Source: Octopus vulgaris (Eukaryota). From it: a DNA stretch of 64,000 bases. Below are positions 14,570-27,146 of this stretch, piece by piece. The notes under the pieces were generated by a model, which saw only the letters and a program-made list of their open reading frames with translations, did no database searches and was not told the DNA's origin. The stretch covers positions 60,884,001 through 60,948,000 of the forward strand of contig OX597814.1 of NCBI GenBank assembly GCA_951406725.2, in the 5' to 3' direction. Numbering within the stretch: the first letter of the stretch is position 1; each line of letters opens with the position of its first letter. A program made the translations under genes and the position numbers.

Positions 14570-14875
14570 ATTCAAGTTGACAGCTGCATTGTAGATGGAA
14601 GGATTAAGGATAAGAAAGCAGAGAAAGCAGGCAGATGATCAGGTATCATTGCAAACATACTGAAAGTATCTAGCAAGGTGGGTCATGCGCTAGTCAGCTA
14701 GTCACATGCATAATCAATCAGTCAGTATACAAAGGTCTCATACCCAATGAATGGTGTAGCAGCACCATCGTCAACTGCTACAGCAGAGATGCACAGATGA
14801 GAGGAAACTACAGAGTTATCATGCTGATAGACCAGGTTATGAAGGTAACTGAGAATTATAGTAAAACTCAGCAGT
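14570..14875 (+). mobile_element. RTE LINE RT N-terminal fragment
   Basis: IKDKKAEKAG..SGIIANILK and GLIPNEWCSSTIVNCY..GNYRVIMLIDQVMKV match the KAPGP...IP.EW...GNYRGI.L...MK motifs. Confidence 0.75.
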
Positions 14876-16029
14876 GATAGAATTAAACCTAAAGCATTTA
14901 AACTGGCCATAGCCAACCAAAATAATGTTTTATCTTCAAACTGGTCAGATCTGGCCCCTCACACTTACCATACAATGTTATTCATAAAATAAATCGTCAT
15001 GTCATTGAAATCTCAAAGCTACAAAGTAACACGACTAATTGAAATCAATGTGGATAAATAAGCATTACTTTTAACATGGCTCACAATCATGAGGAACAGG
15101 CCATCATCAAGTACCAGAGACTTGACAATGCTGACAAACACAAAACTTGAAGTGAACACCTGCACAAGTCCGGAGCCCTGTCTCTCTACTCAATTTCCAA
15201 CTCAGGATTATAGAGAAGGGCTCCATTTACACCAACTTTTAACATGGCTCACAATCATCAGGCTCACAATCATGAGGTAGTGAATTCAATTCTCAGACTG
15301 GGCTGTGTTGTGTTTTTGAGCAAGACACTTTATTTCACATTGCTCCAGTTCACTCATCTGTAGAAATGAGTTGTGATGTCACTAGTGCCAAGCTGTTTCA
15401 GCCTTTGCTTTTCCTTGGACAATATCAGTGGCAAGGAGAGGGGAGCCTGGTATGCATAGGCAACAGCTGGTCTTCCATAAACAAACTTGCTCAGACTTGT
15501 GCCTCTGAGGGTAACTTTCTAGGTGAAATCCCATGATCATACATGACCAAAAGGGATCTTTACCTTTTTACATGTGACAGAGTAATCTGAATGCTAAAGG
15601 ATCTGGATGAGATATAGTTCAGTTTTGTGCCTTCTTCTTAATAAACATAACTGCAGGAAACATACTTAGCTAGAAGTAAATTGCTGTCCCAACAATTCCT
15701 CAACTTAGAGAAAGTTTTTAACATGGTTCTATTCTCTGTAATTTGTTGGTTGCTAAGAAAGCCTGTAGATGAATGGTTTGTGAAACTCATGCAGGTCGTG
15801 TACAGAGGTACAGCTAGCAAGGGAAAAGTTAACAAAGTACAGCAACAAGTTTAGTAAAAAGGTAAGAGCAGGCCAGGACTAAGTTGTCCCTTTGGTGTAT
15901 CATTGTCCTTCAAGGCATAACTGGGGAGTTTAACCATTTAGCATTTTGGTTATGCTGTCAAATGTATTGCTTAACAGAAAATTTTGCCTCTCACAATATA
16001 GAAACATTTCTCATGGCACCTGGAGATAA

Positions 16030-16420
16030 AATGGAAAAGGTGTTTCTCCAGAGGATGGCATGGGAGATGCATTGGAACAGCCACTCCGACTCATGAGGCA
16101 TGCACTTGTGGACAGCAATCTCCATACAGGGGTCAAGAACGGTGGAGGTCTTAACTGCTACAGGCTCAATTATAAACCTGTCAGAGAGGGGCCAATACCA
16201 TGACAGCTTGTTTTTCTCAGCCTGATGAGCAGCAGAAATTGGACCAGTAGCTGAACACACCAAATTGCAGCTGGAGAAGGTATCATAGCATACGGCATCC
16301 CAGATGAAGGGCATACCACCATGGAATGGGAAAATCACCATACCGTCCAGTTTTTTACTGTACCATCAGTATAAACCCTGCTGGTTCAAGCTGGGAAGGG
16401 AAGCCTGCAGCGACTAGGCC
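16030..16420 (-). mobile_element. CRE-like non-LTR retrotransposon relic, restriction-like endonuclease domain
   Basis: AGFPSQLEPAG..DGMVIFPFHGGMPFIWDAVCYDTF..AAHQAEKNK...Y....FIIEPVAVKT matches EP.GL..RPDG...PW..G....WD.T..DT...AE..K..KY...F.P.A.ET. Confidence 0.8.
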
Positions 16421-16719
16421 TATTTATTCATATTGTTTTTGAATTAATTATTATCTCATAGCTTTGAAATTTCAATGATGTGTTTGTTTATTTTGGAAAG
16501 ATATTGTATGGTAGATGCAAGAGGCCAGATATAGCTGGTTTGAACAAAAAACAGGAAAAATAGATAAGGTTAAGTCTGGCTATTTGTTTGAACTCCTCAA
16601 TTGGTCTAGTTCTTATAACTGAATTTATCAAAGTTTTGAAACTGAAATTTTAGACATGAAGCAAAACTTGGAATTGAGAGGCTTAAAGTAAATTCAGCAA
16701 ATCTGTTTTAATTAGTAAG

Positions 16720-18110
16720 AAAGAAGACAGTACCCTACTACCACTAAGGAATTGGCCAAGTTCAATATGCAGAAAAGAAGAGGGCAAAATTCCAAACAGT
16801 GCACCCAGAGTAAACAATGGATGCATGAGTTAGTAACCACCATAGTATGCAACACATACTTCCAATACAACAGAGCAGTATGCAAATAGAAATCAGGTCT
16901 ACCAATGGGATCAAGCCTATCAGGTCTGTTAGCCAACACATACATGGACCAACTGGAGCACAGACTGTTTAGTAACTAGCACTCTGGTATCTTGTTCTCC
17001 AGATATTTTGACAACATCCTAATGTTTACTTTCTCCTAGAAACAAGCCATCATCATGTACCAGAGACTTGACAATGCTGACAAACACAAAATTTCAAGTG
17101 GACACCTGCACAAGTCTGGAGCCCTCTCTCTACTCAATTTCCAACTCAGGATTATAGAGAAGGGCTCCATTTATACCAACTTTTATAAGAAGGCAACCAG
17201 TAAGAACCTGCTTGCAGACAATGAGTTAGCCCTGCCCACCAGAGTCAAAACTGCCTACATATGAAACGAAATCTCAAGTATAAGTGACATGTGCCATGAC
17301 ACAGCTGACAAAGCTGACAACACCAAAGAGTTCCACAAGATCCCACTAAATGGCTATCCACCACCTTTTGCCTAACAACAGCACATTAATAAATCTACTG
17401 TTGATAAACTTTATAAGAAGATCCAAACTCCCAAGTCTGTCAAGTGCCTTCTTAAACTATTCTATTTTGACAACAGAACCACAGCTGCAATCCATCATGC
17501 AAGCCACATAGAGGAACTAAACATACAGATGGTGCACTCTGGTCCATCCCTGAGGAAATTCATACCACAAACAGCATTATAGGGTACACATTGTTTAATT
17601 GCCCCATCAACAACATAAAAACATGCTCGAGGACCTACATGGTATATGAGGTTAGTCTGCAGCACATGTGGTGCATTGTACACTAGGAGCACAATCAGAA
17701 AACTGCACAGCTGCATCAAGGAACATATGTATACAAACACCTCAGTTCATTAAAACCTGCAGAAGTGTCAGACACAAGATTTTGGAGTATCCATCAGAGC
17801 CAGTGAATGTAACTCAAGCAACCTTCAAATCAAGAAGGCTACCATTATTAACAAGCTGAGACCAGCTCTAAACAACAGAAAAAAGAAGCACTGAGGAAAC
17901 TGGCTTTTATATCAACACAAGTCTACATATGGCACAATCCTTTCCCACATGTCTGAGAAATGTATTTATTCCATCTTTCATTTCTCCTATCACAACTCTC
18001 ATTTCAAATGTATTCTTGAGGAAGGATGTCTTAACCCCTAAATACTGAAACACAAAGTAAATTTCAATTGTTGTCTTGTTTCAGCTTTTCTGGTTAACTT
18101 AGTTCTTAAT
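16720..18110 (+). mobile_element. Decayed Penelope-like retroelement (RT + GIY-YIG)
   Basis: Translates to NTYFQYN..KSGLPMGSSLSGLLANTYMDQLE..SRYFDNI (PLE RT motifs), FYKKATSKN, then CSTCGALYTRSTIRKLHSCIKEH (decayed GIY-YIG); stops and frameshifts. Confidence 0.85.
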
Positions 18111-18494
18111 TTCACATTGTTTTGGTATTACCAAGATTTTTTTTTACCTGATGTAATAACCATGCAAACTATTCTAATATACATATGTGTGTGTACATAT
18201 CTCTCTCTCTATATATATATATATATAATTAAGATTCCATTGGATTAGGTACTTAAATTGAGCCACCTTGTTAGGTTGGTATAATCTGCACACCCAAACA
18301 ATATTAATTGAATACTGAATATCAAGACTCCTTGCAGGGGTGTAGGTACCTGATATTTCTGCTGTGTGTGCAGAAAATGCAACCCAGTTAAGCCAAGATA
18401 TCTGCTCTTGGTAATTCAGACATGTACTTTTTATACAGGTACTTTCTATAGTACTTCTGAAGAGCAGATTCCAAGTTCGGTGAATAAAATATGA

Positions 18495-18964
18495 ATGAGT
18501 AACAAAAATGTACAGGTGTCAATTCATTATGGCCATTTCAAGTAACACCTTTAATTGATTAATGAAAACATTACATCATTTGAAAGAAACCGTTCTCGTC
18601 AGATGACCACATAGACTTCAAACATACAAGATACAATCATTTCCTTAATTTATTCACATCAATAATAGAACTCAAAATATTTACATTTTTTCTTTTGTCA
18701 TATCTGTGGCAGAATCTGTATATATATATATATATGTATATATATTCTGCCACAGATATGACAAAAGAATCAATGTCAATATTTTGAGTTCCATTATTGG
18801 TGTGAATATGTTAAGGAAATGGTTGTATCCTTTTTGTTTGAAGTCTATGAGGTCATCTGAAGAGAACGGTTTCTTTCAAATGATGTAATGTTTTCATTAA
18901 TCAATTAAAGGAGTCACTTGAAACAGCTGTAATGAATTGACACCTGTACATCTTTGTTACTCAT
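18495..18964. repeat. Long inverted repeat, ~220-bp arms with (TA)n spacer
   Basis: 18495-18715 is the reverse complement of 18744-18964 with scattered substitutions. Confidence 0.92.
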
Positions 18965-19332
18965 ATATATATATATATATGAGTATACATAGTAATATAC
19001 ACATACAAACACAACACATAGTAATATACACATACAAACACAACACACACACACATATACATATATGTATATACATACATACATATATTCATGCGTATGT
19101 ATGTATGTATGTAGGATATTTACATAAGTGAAACTGTGATGGCCACTATTAAAAATCATATTAAATATATAGTTATGCAGATTTGACAGACAGTCAATGC
19201 AAACAAATTCTCTGTTGGGTATACTCTGAACACATTCACACCGAGTGTATGCCCAACTATCTGTCATCTCAGTATATTAAATACATTTTCCAATAGTGGT
19301 CATCACAGTATCACTGATATAAATATTATATG

Positions 19333-19882
19333 TATGAAGTCTGACCAAAAAGTATTTGAACTGGTGCTCTAAAAAGAAAACTTTAAAAACATATCAATTT
19401 GACATTTAATCTCTTTTGAAGTAGTCACCTTTTGAAACCTCACACTTTATCCAGCATCATTTCCATTCATGAAAATGATGCTGGAACTCCTTTTTTGAGA
19501 TAGCGAGCAGCTACCTAGTTGCATTCTCTTGGATTTCTTCAACATCTTGAAATCTTGTTCCTTTCAAGTGGGATTTGATTTTTGCCTTGGTTTCAGGGTC
19601 ATAGCCATAAACTCACAATTTGTCACTTGTTTTCAAAATATTTTTGCCTTCCTCAACACAGTCAATGAGATCCTGCACAGCTAAAAGCTGATCTTCTTTT
19701 TGAGACAACCACATTCTACATACTTCCAAGTACTTCTGTAATCAACGGAAATGAGCTAGAACATTATATTTTAGTGCGCATATGGGACAGAGCTCAAGGT
19801 CAATCTGTGCCAAGCAGCTTCACTCAGCATACTTTAGCTGTTACCATAGCAACAGTCCAGATACATTTTGATCAGATCTCAT
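19333..19882 (-). mobile_element. Internally deleted mariner with both TIRs (same family as 6648)
   Basis: tatgaagtctgaccaaaaagtat / atacattttgatcagatctcata inverted ends; 19790-19870 is the reverse complement of 6660-6745; C-terminal FQHHFHEW..CE..KGDYF-like relic. Confidence 0.75.
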
Positions 19883-20479
19883 ATATATATTAATTGCCTC
19901 AATAACTGAAGAGATGCCAGTGCAGGTTTCCGACCCGACACATCCAAAACTCTGTGTTTTATTATGCCAACCGAATAATTGTCACATATTATATATATAT
20001 ATATATATATATATGAGGTCTGATCAAAAAGTGTGTGTGTGTATATATATGCCTGAACACTTTCACACACATGTACAGACACAGCGGGTACTTCTACCGA
20101 TCAAATTCAATCACAAGGCTTTGGTTGGCCTGAGGCTATAGAAGAAGACACTTGCCCAAGGTGTCATGCAGTGGGACTGAACCCAAAATCATATGATTGA
20201 GAAGCAAGCTTCCTAACCACACAGCCATGCCTGTGCCTATATATATATCATGGAAACTTGCTGAGCCAGATTTTTTTATGATTGGATGCCTTTTCTGTCA
20301 CCAGCCCTTGTTCCCAGTCAAGGTAATGTTTTGCCATTGCCAGACAAGTCTTTGTTTTCATAGAAAACAGAAGATTAACAACAACACTTGTATAACAGTG
20401 ATGTTCATTTACAATCATCACATGATGCCAAGACAAGGTACAAAGAAACACACATACATATACACATATATATATAAAA

Positions 20480-21400
20480 AAAAATTCACACACCCTATCC
20501 CAACAAATCAAACTACATCTCTTCTTCTGTTCCTCGCATTTCCTCTTTTTCATGTACTATGCTTATCTCTCGCTCCCCAATCCTGTCTTCACTGCAATGC
20601 TCACTGTATCGTAGCTATCCTATTGTCCCCTACCTCCTCTATGTACCCAAGTTTCACCAGTCGCTGCATTTCCCACTCCCTCACTTCATGTGAAGTCCCT
20701 ACTCGCCACTCATGCACCCTTGGCAATACTCTACCATCCCATTTACATTCTGATCCCTGTACCTTGAGGGTATGCCCCAACACCACACCACCATCTATCT
20801 CTCTCACTCTACAATCTCATTTATATTCTGGTCCCCGTATCTTGAGGGTATGCCCTGGCACTTTACCACCATCTCTCACCTGCTTTCTCTTGCACTCTCA
20901 TATTTTCACTCTCTTCCATTCTTGATTACTCACCCTCTCTCTTTCTCTCCCTCTCTATCTCTCTCTTGCTCTCTTGCCTTCTAACCAAGTAACCATGTAT
21001 CTCCTCTACAGCAACATACCTGTTTCTATTCTTCTGTCAAACTATAACCTCTCATCACCTGGCCACAAGGCCACTTCCTTCAATGCCCCACCTTCTCAAA
21101 GTATCTGTGTCTTGCAAGTTGCTTGGTGACCCTGCCAGTGCTGCTGCATCCAGTCTAGTGTAAAGTGGTTGGTGTTTGAAAGGGCATCCAGCTGTAAAAC
21201 CATACCAAAACAGGCCTCACCCGTGCTGGTGCCACAGAAAAAGCACTCAGCCCACCCTGTAAGGTGGTTGGTGTTAGGGAGGGCCTCCAACCATAAAAAC
21301 AGCTCCCTGCTAGCCAGCTCCATCTCAAACCAGCCAACCCATGCCAGCATGAAACGCGAACATTAAACAATTATGATGATGATGATGATGATGATGATGC
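20480..21400 (+). mobile_element. RTE-type LINE 3' UTR (pyrimidine-rich segment plus (GAT)n-tailed end)
   Basis: Same order of blocks as 62440-63170 (C/T-rich region, gtcttgcaag, aagtggttgg..aagggcatccagc, gatgatgat). Confidence 0.65.
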
Positions 21401-21489
21401 AATACAAGAGAACTGAACCTGAGATTATGTGACCAAGGAGCAAACTTCTTAAGCACACATATGTATATCATCCTTAAGCACCCATATGT

Positions 21490-22650
21490 ATATCATCCTT
21501 TTTATGTCTGCTTTCTATGCTGGCATTCTTTGGACAGCTCATCATGGTTTCAGTCAGTTGTTATTTGGATTTATTGTCCTCCTAGATGCGATAATGGAAC
21601 TACACATCACTCATCTGCTTTGTTTTGGTATAGTTTCTAAAGCTGGATGTTCTTCCTAACATTTATTATTTTATAGATTAAACTGGAGGTATTTTATCAT
21701 GGCACCAGTACTAGTGAGGTTATCATGTCCTCAACTAATGGGTCCTCATACAATGTCATTGTTCATTTTCTAATCACTTTATAGAATTGAGTGAGTGCAC
21801 TTTATAATAACAGCAGAGTTAGAGATTGTGTTATGTCCTTGACAACACAAAGAGGCACCTTAACTGACTGTTCACTTGTCAAACACTTTACATTGGGTAC
21901 TGAGAGCATTTATGATGATAGCAGTACAAGAGATCTTCCTTTGTACCAGGATCCTCAGGGCTCTATGCTATCTCCATTTAATCTGGGCAGTATGAGGAAA
22001 AATAGAAAAGAGGATGATTGTATATGAAGTGGTGTAAAGAGAGAAAGGGAAGAGGGGACAATCAGAAACAAAGAGTGATTGGAGTGATGCTGCAGAAAAA
22101 GAGGGAGTGATAAGAGACAGAGCTAGTGGGGCAATGAAGCAAATGTATTAAAGACAAGGTAGCATAATAGGAGAAAGATACAAATGATAGTTACATATTT
22201 GCAGATAAAGGTGCGAGAAAGTGAAATCATTGAAAGGGTGTGATGGATGCCAGTGATGAGTGGCCAGGGTGTGTGGGAGTAGCAACTAGCAGAATAGAAG
22301 GGACAGTAATGTTAGATGGTAAGGAAAATGATGATGCAGAGAGATGGATGTCAATAAAAAAAAACTGATCTGAAGGAGAGTGAGTGATAGTATATAAAAC
22401 AGAATGAAATGAAGAGTGCATGCATCAGGCATCAATAGATTTGATGCGATCCCTCCTGACTCAAGCATCATGATTTGGGATGAAAGTGGAGAGAGAAGAA
22501 GGAAGATATGGACAGTGGAGGTGGAGAAAAGAGTCAATACTGATAGATCTGTTTACCCTAATTTCAAGGGTAGCAAGTACAGTCACAGAAAGAGGGATAA
22601 TAGAGAGAGATGGTTGAGGTATCAAACAGGCACAAAGGGCAGCAGAGAGT
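21490..22650 (-). mobile_element. Decayed RTE-type LINE 3' UTR copy
   Basis: Reverse-orientation tail block at 21490-21720 and purine-rich block at 22020-22650. Confidence 0.45.
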
Positions 22651-23434
22651 GATTTAGCAGGCACACACATATACACATAAATTATACTACCCACATCCAT
22701 TATTATACACAAATTATGTATATGTAGGCACAGGCATGGCTGTGTGGTAAGAAGCTTGCTTCCATTCTTTATAAGGCCTTTATGGCCAATTTAACGAATA
22801 AAAGAAGCTTGCTTCCCACCACATCATTCCGGGTTGAGTCCCACTGCATGGCACCTTGGGCAAGTGTCTTCTACTGTAGCCTCAAGTCAACCAAAGCTTT
22901 GTAAGTAGATTGATAGATGGAATATGAAAGAAGTCCATCATGTGTGTGTGTGTGTGTGTCTTTGTGTCTGTGCTTGTCCCCCACCACCTCTTGACAACCT
23001 GTGTTGGAGTGTTTATATCCCTGGAACTTAGCAGTTGAGCAAAAGAGACCAATATAATATGGCCACAGTCTCACAGCTGAAGCAAAAAAAAGATAAAAGA
23101 TGTACTATATACACATATAGTTCAATTTGAACATGATTAGTGAATGAGCCCCTTCTATGTGGAGGCGCATGGCTTAGTGGTTAGGATGTTATGTCTATTT
23201 ACAAAATATATGCATAAGTGCAGGCAAGCCTTTGTGATAAGAAGTTTGCTTCCCAACCACATGGTTCCAGGTTTAGTCTTACAGAGGCACCTTGGACAAC
23301 TATCTTCCACTATAACTCCAGGTAGCCCAAAACCTTGTGAGTGGATTTGGTAGACATAAACTGAAACAAGTTCATCATAGAAATAATACATTTCTAAATC
23401 TCTCAGAGATTTATGCAGTATCAGCAGAATAAAG

Positions 23435-23747
23435 AAGGGATGAAGGCTACTGTTATTTAACCCTAGAAAACACTGTTTCCTGTTGGACTTGACACATATC
23501 CTGTGTCCTTGTTTTCAAAGTGGAGACAAGCACCTCCACCCAGCAAAGCCAGCATCCAGAGACTAGTTTCAGAGTCATTGCTCATCATCAGTCTGGAGTA
23601 GCATGGCTTGCTAGTTGAAACTAGTCGCTGGCTTTGCTGGGTGGAGGTGCTTGTCTCCACTTTGAAAACGTAAGGACACAGGAAATGTGTCAAGTCCAAC
23701 AGGAAACGGTGCTTCCTAGAGCTAAATAACAGTAGCATTCTTCCCTT
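23435..23747. repeat. Fold-back inverted repeat, ~135-bp arms, ~44-bp loop
   Basis: 23435-23571 pairs with 23616-23747 (e.g. tttcaaagtggagacaagcacctccacccagcaaagccagc / gctggctttgctgggtggaggtgcttgtctccactttgaaa). Confidence 0.92.
23555..23597 (-). ncRNA. Minimal type I hammerhead ribozyme motif
   Basis: Minus strand: tccaga CTGATGA tgagcaatgactct GAAA ctag TC tctgga. 6-bp stem I, intact core, gag/ctc stem II, palindromic ACTAGT stem III, GUC cleavage triplet. Confidence 0.8.
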
Positions 23748-23954
23748 TCATGGGACTGTCACATTAAGTTGACAACATACTATCAAGTTCATCATATATA
23801 TATATTATTTAAAGTGTACAGTATTATATATCCATTACAGCTGATCTTATCAATCGGTTTTGTGCTAGAAATTCAACAGAGGATTAGGTAACAATCTGAT
23901 TATGTAACTCTGCACTCATTAGAGGTAGTCAATATGGAATGAAACATGATGACC

Positions 23955-23985
<31 letters not shown>

Positions 23986-24082
23986 GACCATATATATATA
24001 TAGCGGAGTAAACACATAAATGTGAAACAAGGTGGAAAAAAGAGTACTCAAATTGAATTGATATATCGGTTCCATTCTAGCA

Positions 24083-24129
24083 AAAACTGTCTGATGAACG
24101 GCAACGAGAAACTCAGAGTAACAGATTTT
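24083..24129 (+). ncRNA. Minimal type I hammerhead ribozyme motif
   Basis: aaaactgt CTGATGA acggcaacga GAAA ctcagag TA acagatttt. Stem I ctgt/acag (extended by aaaa/tttt), cg-GCAA-cg stem II, ACTC-a-GAGT stem III, GUA triplet. Confidence 0.78.
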
Positions 24130-24157
24130 GTTGAATTTTCTGCTGCTTAAAATAAAG

Positions 24158-24205
<48 letters not shown>

Positions 24206-24439
24206 TGCTGTACATTACTGTCACCTTGCCTTGACAAGAGGTGTCTTTTGTTTCCAATATTCTGTAAAAATATGCCTAGTCACAGGAAAATATCTCCTTA
24301 CTTGGAAACAGGTGAGGGTCAGTGACAGGAAAGGCATCTGTTGAAAATCCACCTGACCTGATAAATTTCATCTGACCCATGCAAGTATAGAAAAGTGGAT
24401 GTTAAAACAATGATGTACAGCCATAAATGTGTGTGTGTG

Positions 24440-24486
<47 letters not shown>

Positions 24487-24869
24487 CAGTGCTCCATCAT
24501 GGCCACACTCAAATGACTGAAACAAGTAAAAGAAAATAAAATATACTTACACACACACATATAAATTTCATGTTTGCTTATATTAACTGAAACAGTTGTT
24601 GTTTAAGGACATGTGTTTTCTATTATATATTACGCAGATTTTAGTTTGACCTCAGCATTACAAGTTTAATTATATATATAACTTGAGAGGGAGAGAGAGA
24701 GAGGGGGGGAATATGAGGAGTTTTTGCCAGTATGACTCAAACTTATAGGCATGCATTCTGAGTGCTCAAATAGGTGTGCCAACAAAATTCCAGTTTGGAC
24801 AGCAAGTAGAAGTTGTGGCTATGTGATTGTCTTGTTCAAAACAGCTGAAGGTGGCTTCCCTTTGAGTCA

Positions 24870-25628
24870 GTGTGTTTGCCTCTCCTCACTATTTTAACAC
24901 ACACATACATACATACATAGTCTTTTTTTATATTTCTAATCGGCAGAAAGTTATAAAAGTGACTCAAGAGCCAAGAGTCTCATGCATGGCACTTTTACCC
25001 CATGCATCATTGGTCACCCTACCCCTTATCCACCATTTACTCCTCTACTCTATCCACTCTACAGTGGTTACCTACTTTTCTCTATCACCCTTACTGATCT
25101 TCCACTCAACACTTGTTCTTCATTACATTCAGTCCCCTCACCCCAGATGCTCTTGCAATCTCTACCCACTCACACTCCCATTCCTTCAGTCTCCACTCAT
25201 TTCTTCTCACCTCATACTTTGAGGTTCCACACAGCCACCTCAACACCACTATTTTATGTCTTCCCCTGTCCTCATCCCAATTACACCTTTCCTCCTTTCT
25301 AAAACGTGAGTAGCCATGTAACCTCTCAACAGCAAGAAACCTATTCTGTCCAGGCCCTTTCTTTCATGCTTCAACCCCTCAAATTCAAGCATAAAGTATC
25401 CTCTCTCGGGGATTTTAGTCTTGCAAGCTGATTGGCGACTTCACTAGTGCTGGTGGCACGAAAAAGGCACCCAGCGCACGTAAGTGGTTGGCATTAGGAA
25501 GGGCATCCAACCGTTAAAAACCATACCAGTGTAGACAGTAGACCAAGATGCAGTCCTTGCACTCGATGGATCCTGTCGAACTATACAACCCATGGCAGCA
25601 ATGAACATGGACGTTAATGATGATGATA
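24870..25628 (+). mobile_element. RTE-type LINE 3' UTR copy
   Basis: C/T-rich region then gtcttgcaag..tggtggcacgaaaaaggcacc..ggaagggcatcc..ggacgttaatgatgatga. Confidence 0.65.
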
Positions 25629-26323
25629 TGTATGTATGTATGTATACACTCATGTATTGAGGTTTTATTCCTCCCACTTGTTTTACCATACATACATGTT
25701 CGCTAAAACAAACAAGAGAAACTGAATTCAATACGTGAGTATATATACATATATACTTCTTTTTTATTTGTTTGGAATTTTCTTTACTTTGCAATCAGTA
25801 GAAAGTTACAAGTGTGACTAAAGGTTCAAGAGCTTCTTGAAATGTGTCATGCATGAAAACACTCTAAGCCCTGAGTCACACATGCAACGTTCTGATGGTT
25901 TAAAATATAATAAAGTACATATACACACACATATATAGATTCATATATATATACATACACATGCATGCAGATATATATTCATATACATTCTTATAAACAT
26001 TCACGAATCGAACCAACGAACTAATGATTGTAAACCTAACACCTAAACCACTGGACATATATGTGTGTGTGTGTGTGTGTACATATATATATATATATAT
26101 ATATAGCATATACATACAAACGCACATACACGTAAACAGACCCTATAATACTGTGTATGCAAAATAAGAGTCAATGTGTAAACATCTATCGTTTTATAAC
26201 ACACACACATATACACACACGAGTGTGTGTATGAGAAAGAGATAGAGAAACAATTATAAACACACGTTCAATGATATACATATAAGTTCAAGTACAACAG
26301 TATGTATGTTCACAACAGAAGAG

Positions 26324-26357
<34 letters not shown>

Positions 26358-27146
26358 TTATTACTTTCACCCCTTCACCCATTTTCAGTATATATGCGTA
26401 TATGTATTTATATCGAGAGGCAGTTTATTTCTCAGTTGTGTTTGTATACATGAACACATGAATATATACAGTGTCTCGAAATAATCTCTTCCACACAATA
26501 CTAAGGTGAACCTCGATGCATAATAATATATCTGTGTATGTAGCAAGGTAAACGAACAAAAACAAAACTCTATTCATCGATAAATACTTTGGGAAATTTA
26601 TTTTCACAATCTAAAAATCGTGTATTGATGTTATTTGTAAGCAAATAAATACATATGTGTTTATGTGTGAGTTTGTGCGTATGTATGTATACGTGATTGA
26701 TCGCAATACACACCTGCCTACATATGCATATATAACAAGTGTGCATGTGACTGAAAGTGTGTTTAAATTGACATGTAAATGTGTGTGTACATAAAGAGAC
26801 AAATGTAGAACAAAAACACTCTTTCTCTTTCAAGAGCATCTGTATTCACAGAAAGGGGAAATTATATACATACACACATTTATATATATATATATATGTG
26901 CTATGTTGTATTTTGTTTTGTTTATATAATGATTGAGCATTGGCACGTAGGTATTGTTACAGTGGTTCGATCTTGCAATATTTCTGTACCTCTTTTGCTC
27001 AAATGACAACATCGCTGAGAGTTCAAATAAAAGTAAAGGAAAGGAAGTAGCGTGAGATATGAAATATGAATAAATAAAAAAAATTATATAAGACACCTAT
27101 TAAGCGAATGTAAAGGTAAGCAATAACAATTTGAATTCCAACTTAC

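Noticed and set aside
20197-20925. 242-aa ORF
   Set aside because: Runs across SINE, microsatellite and LINE 3' UTR pieces; no domain-like content.
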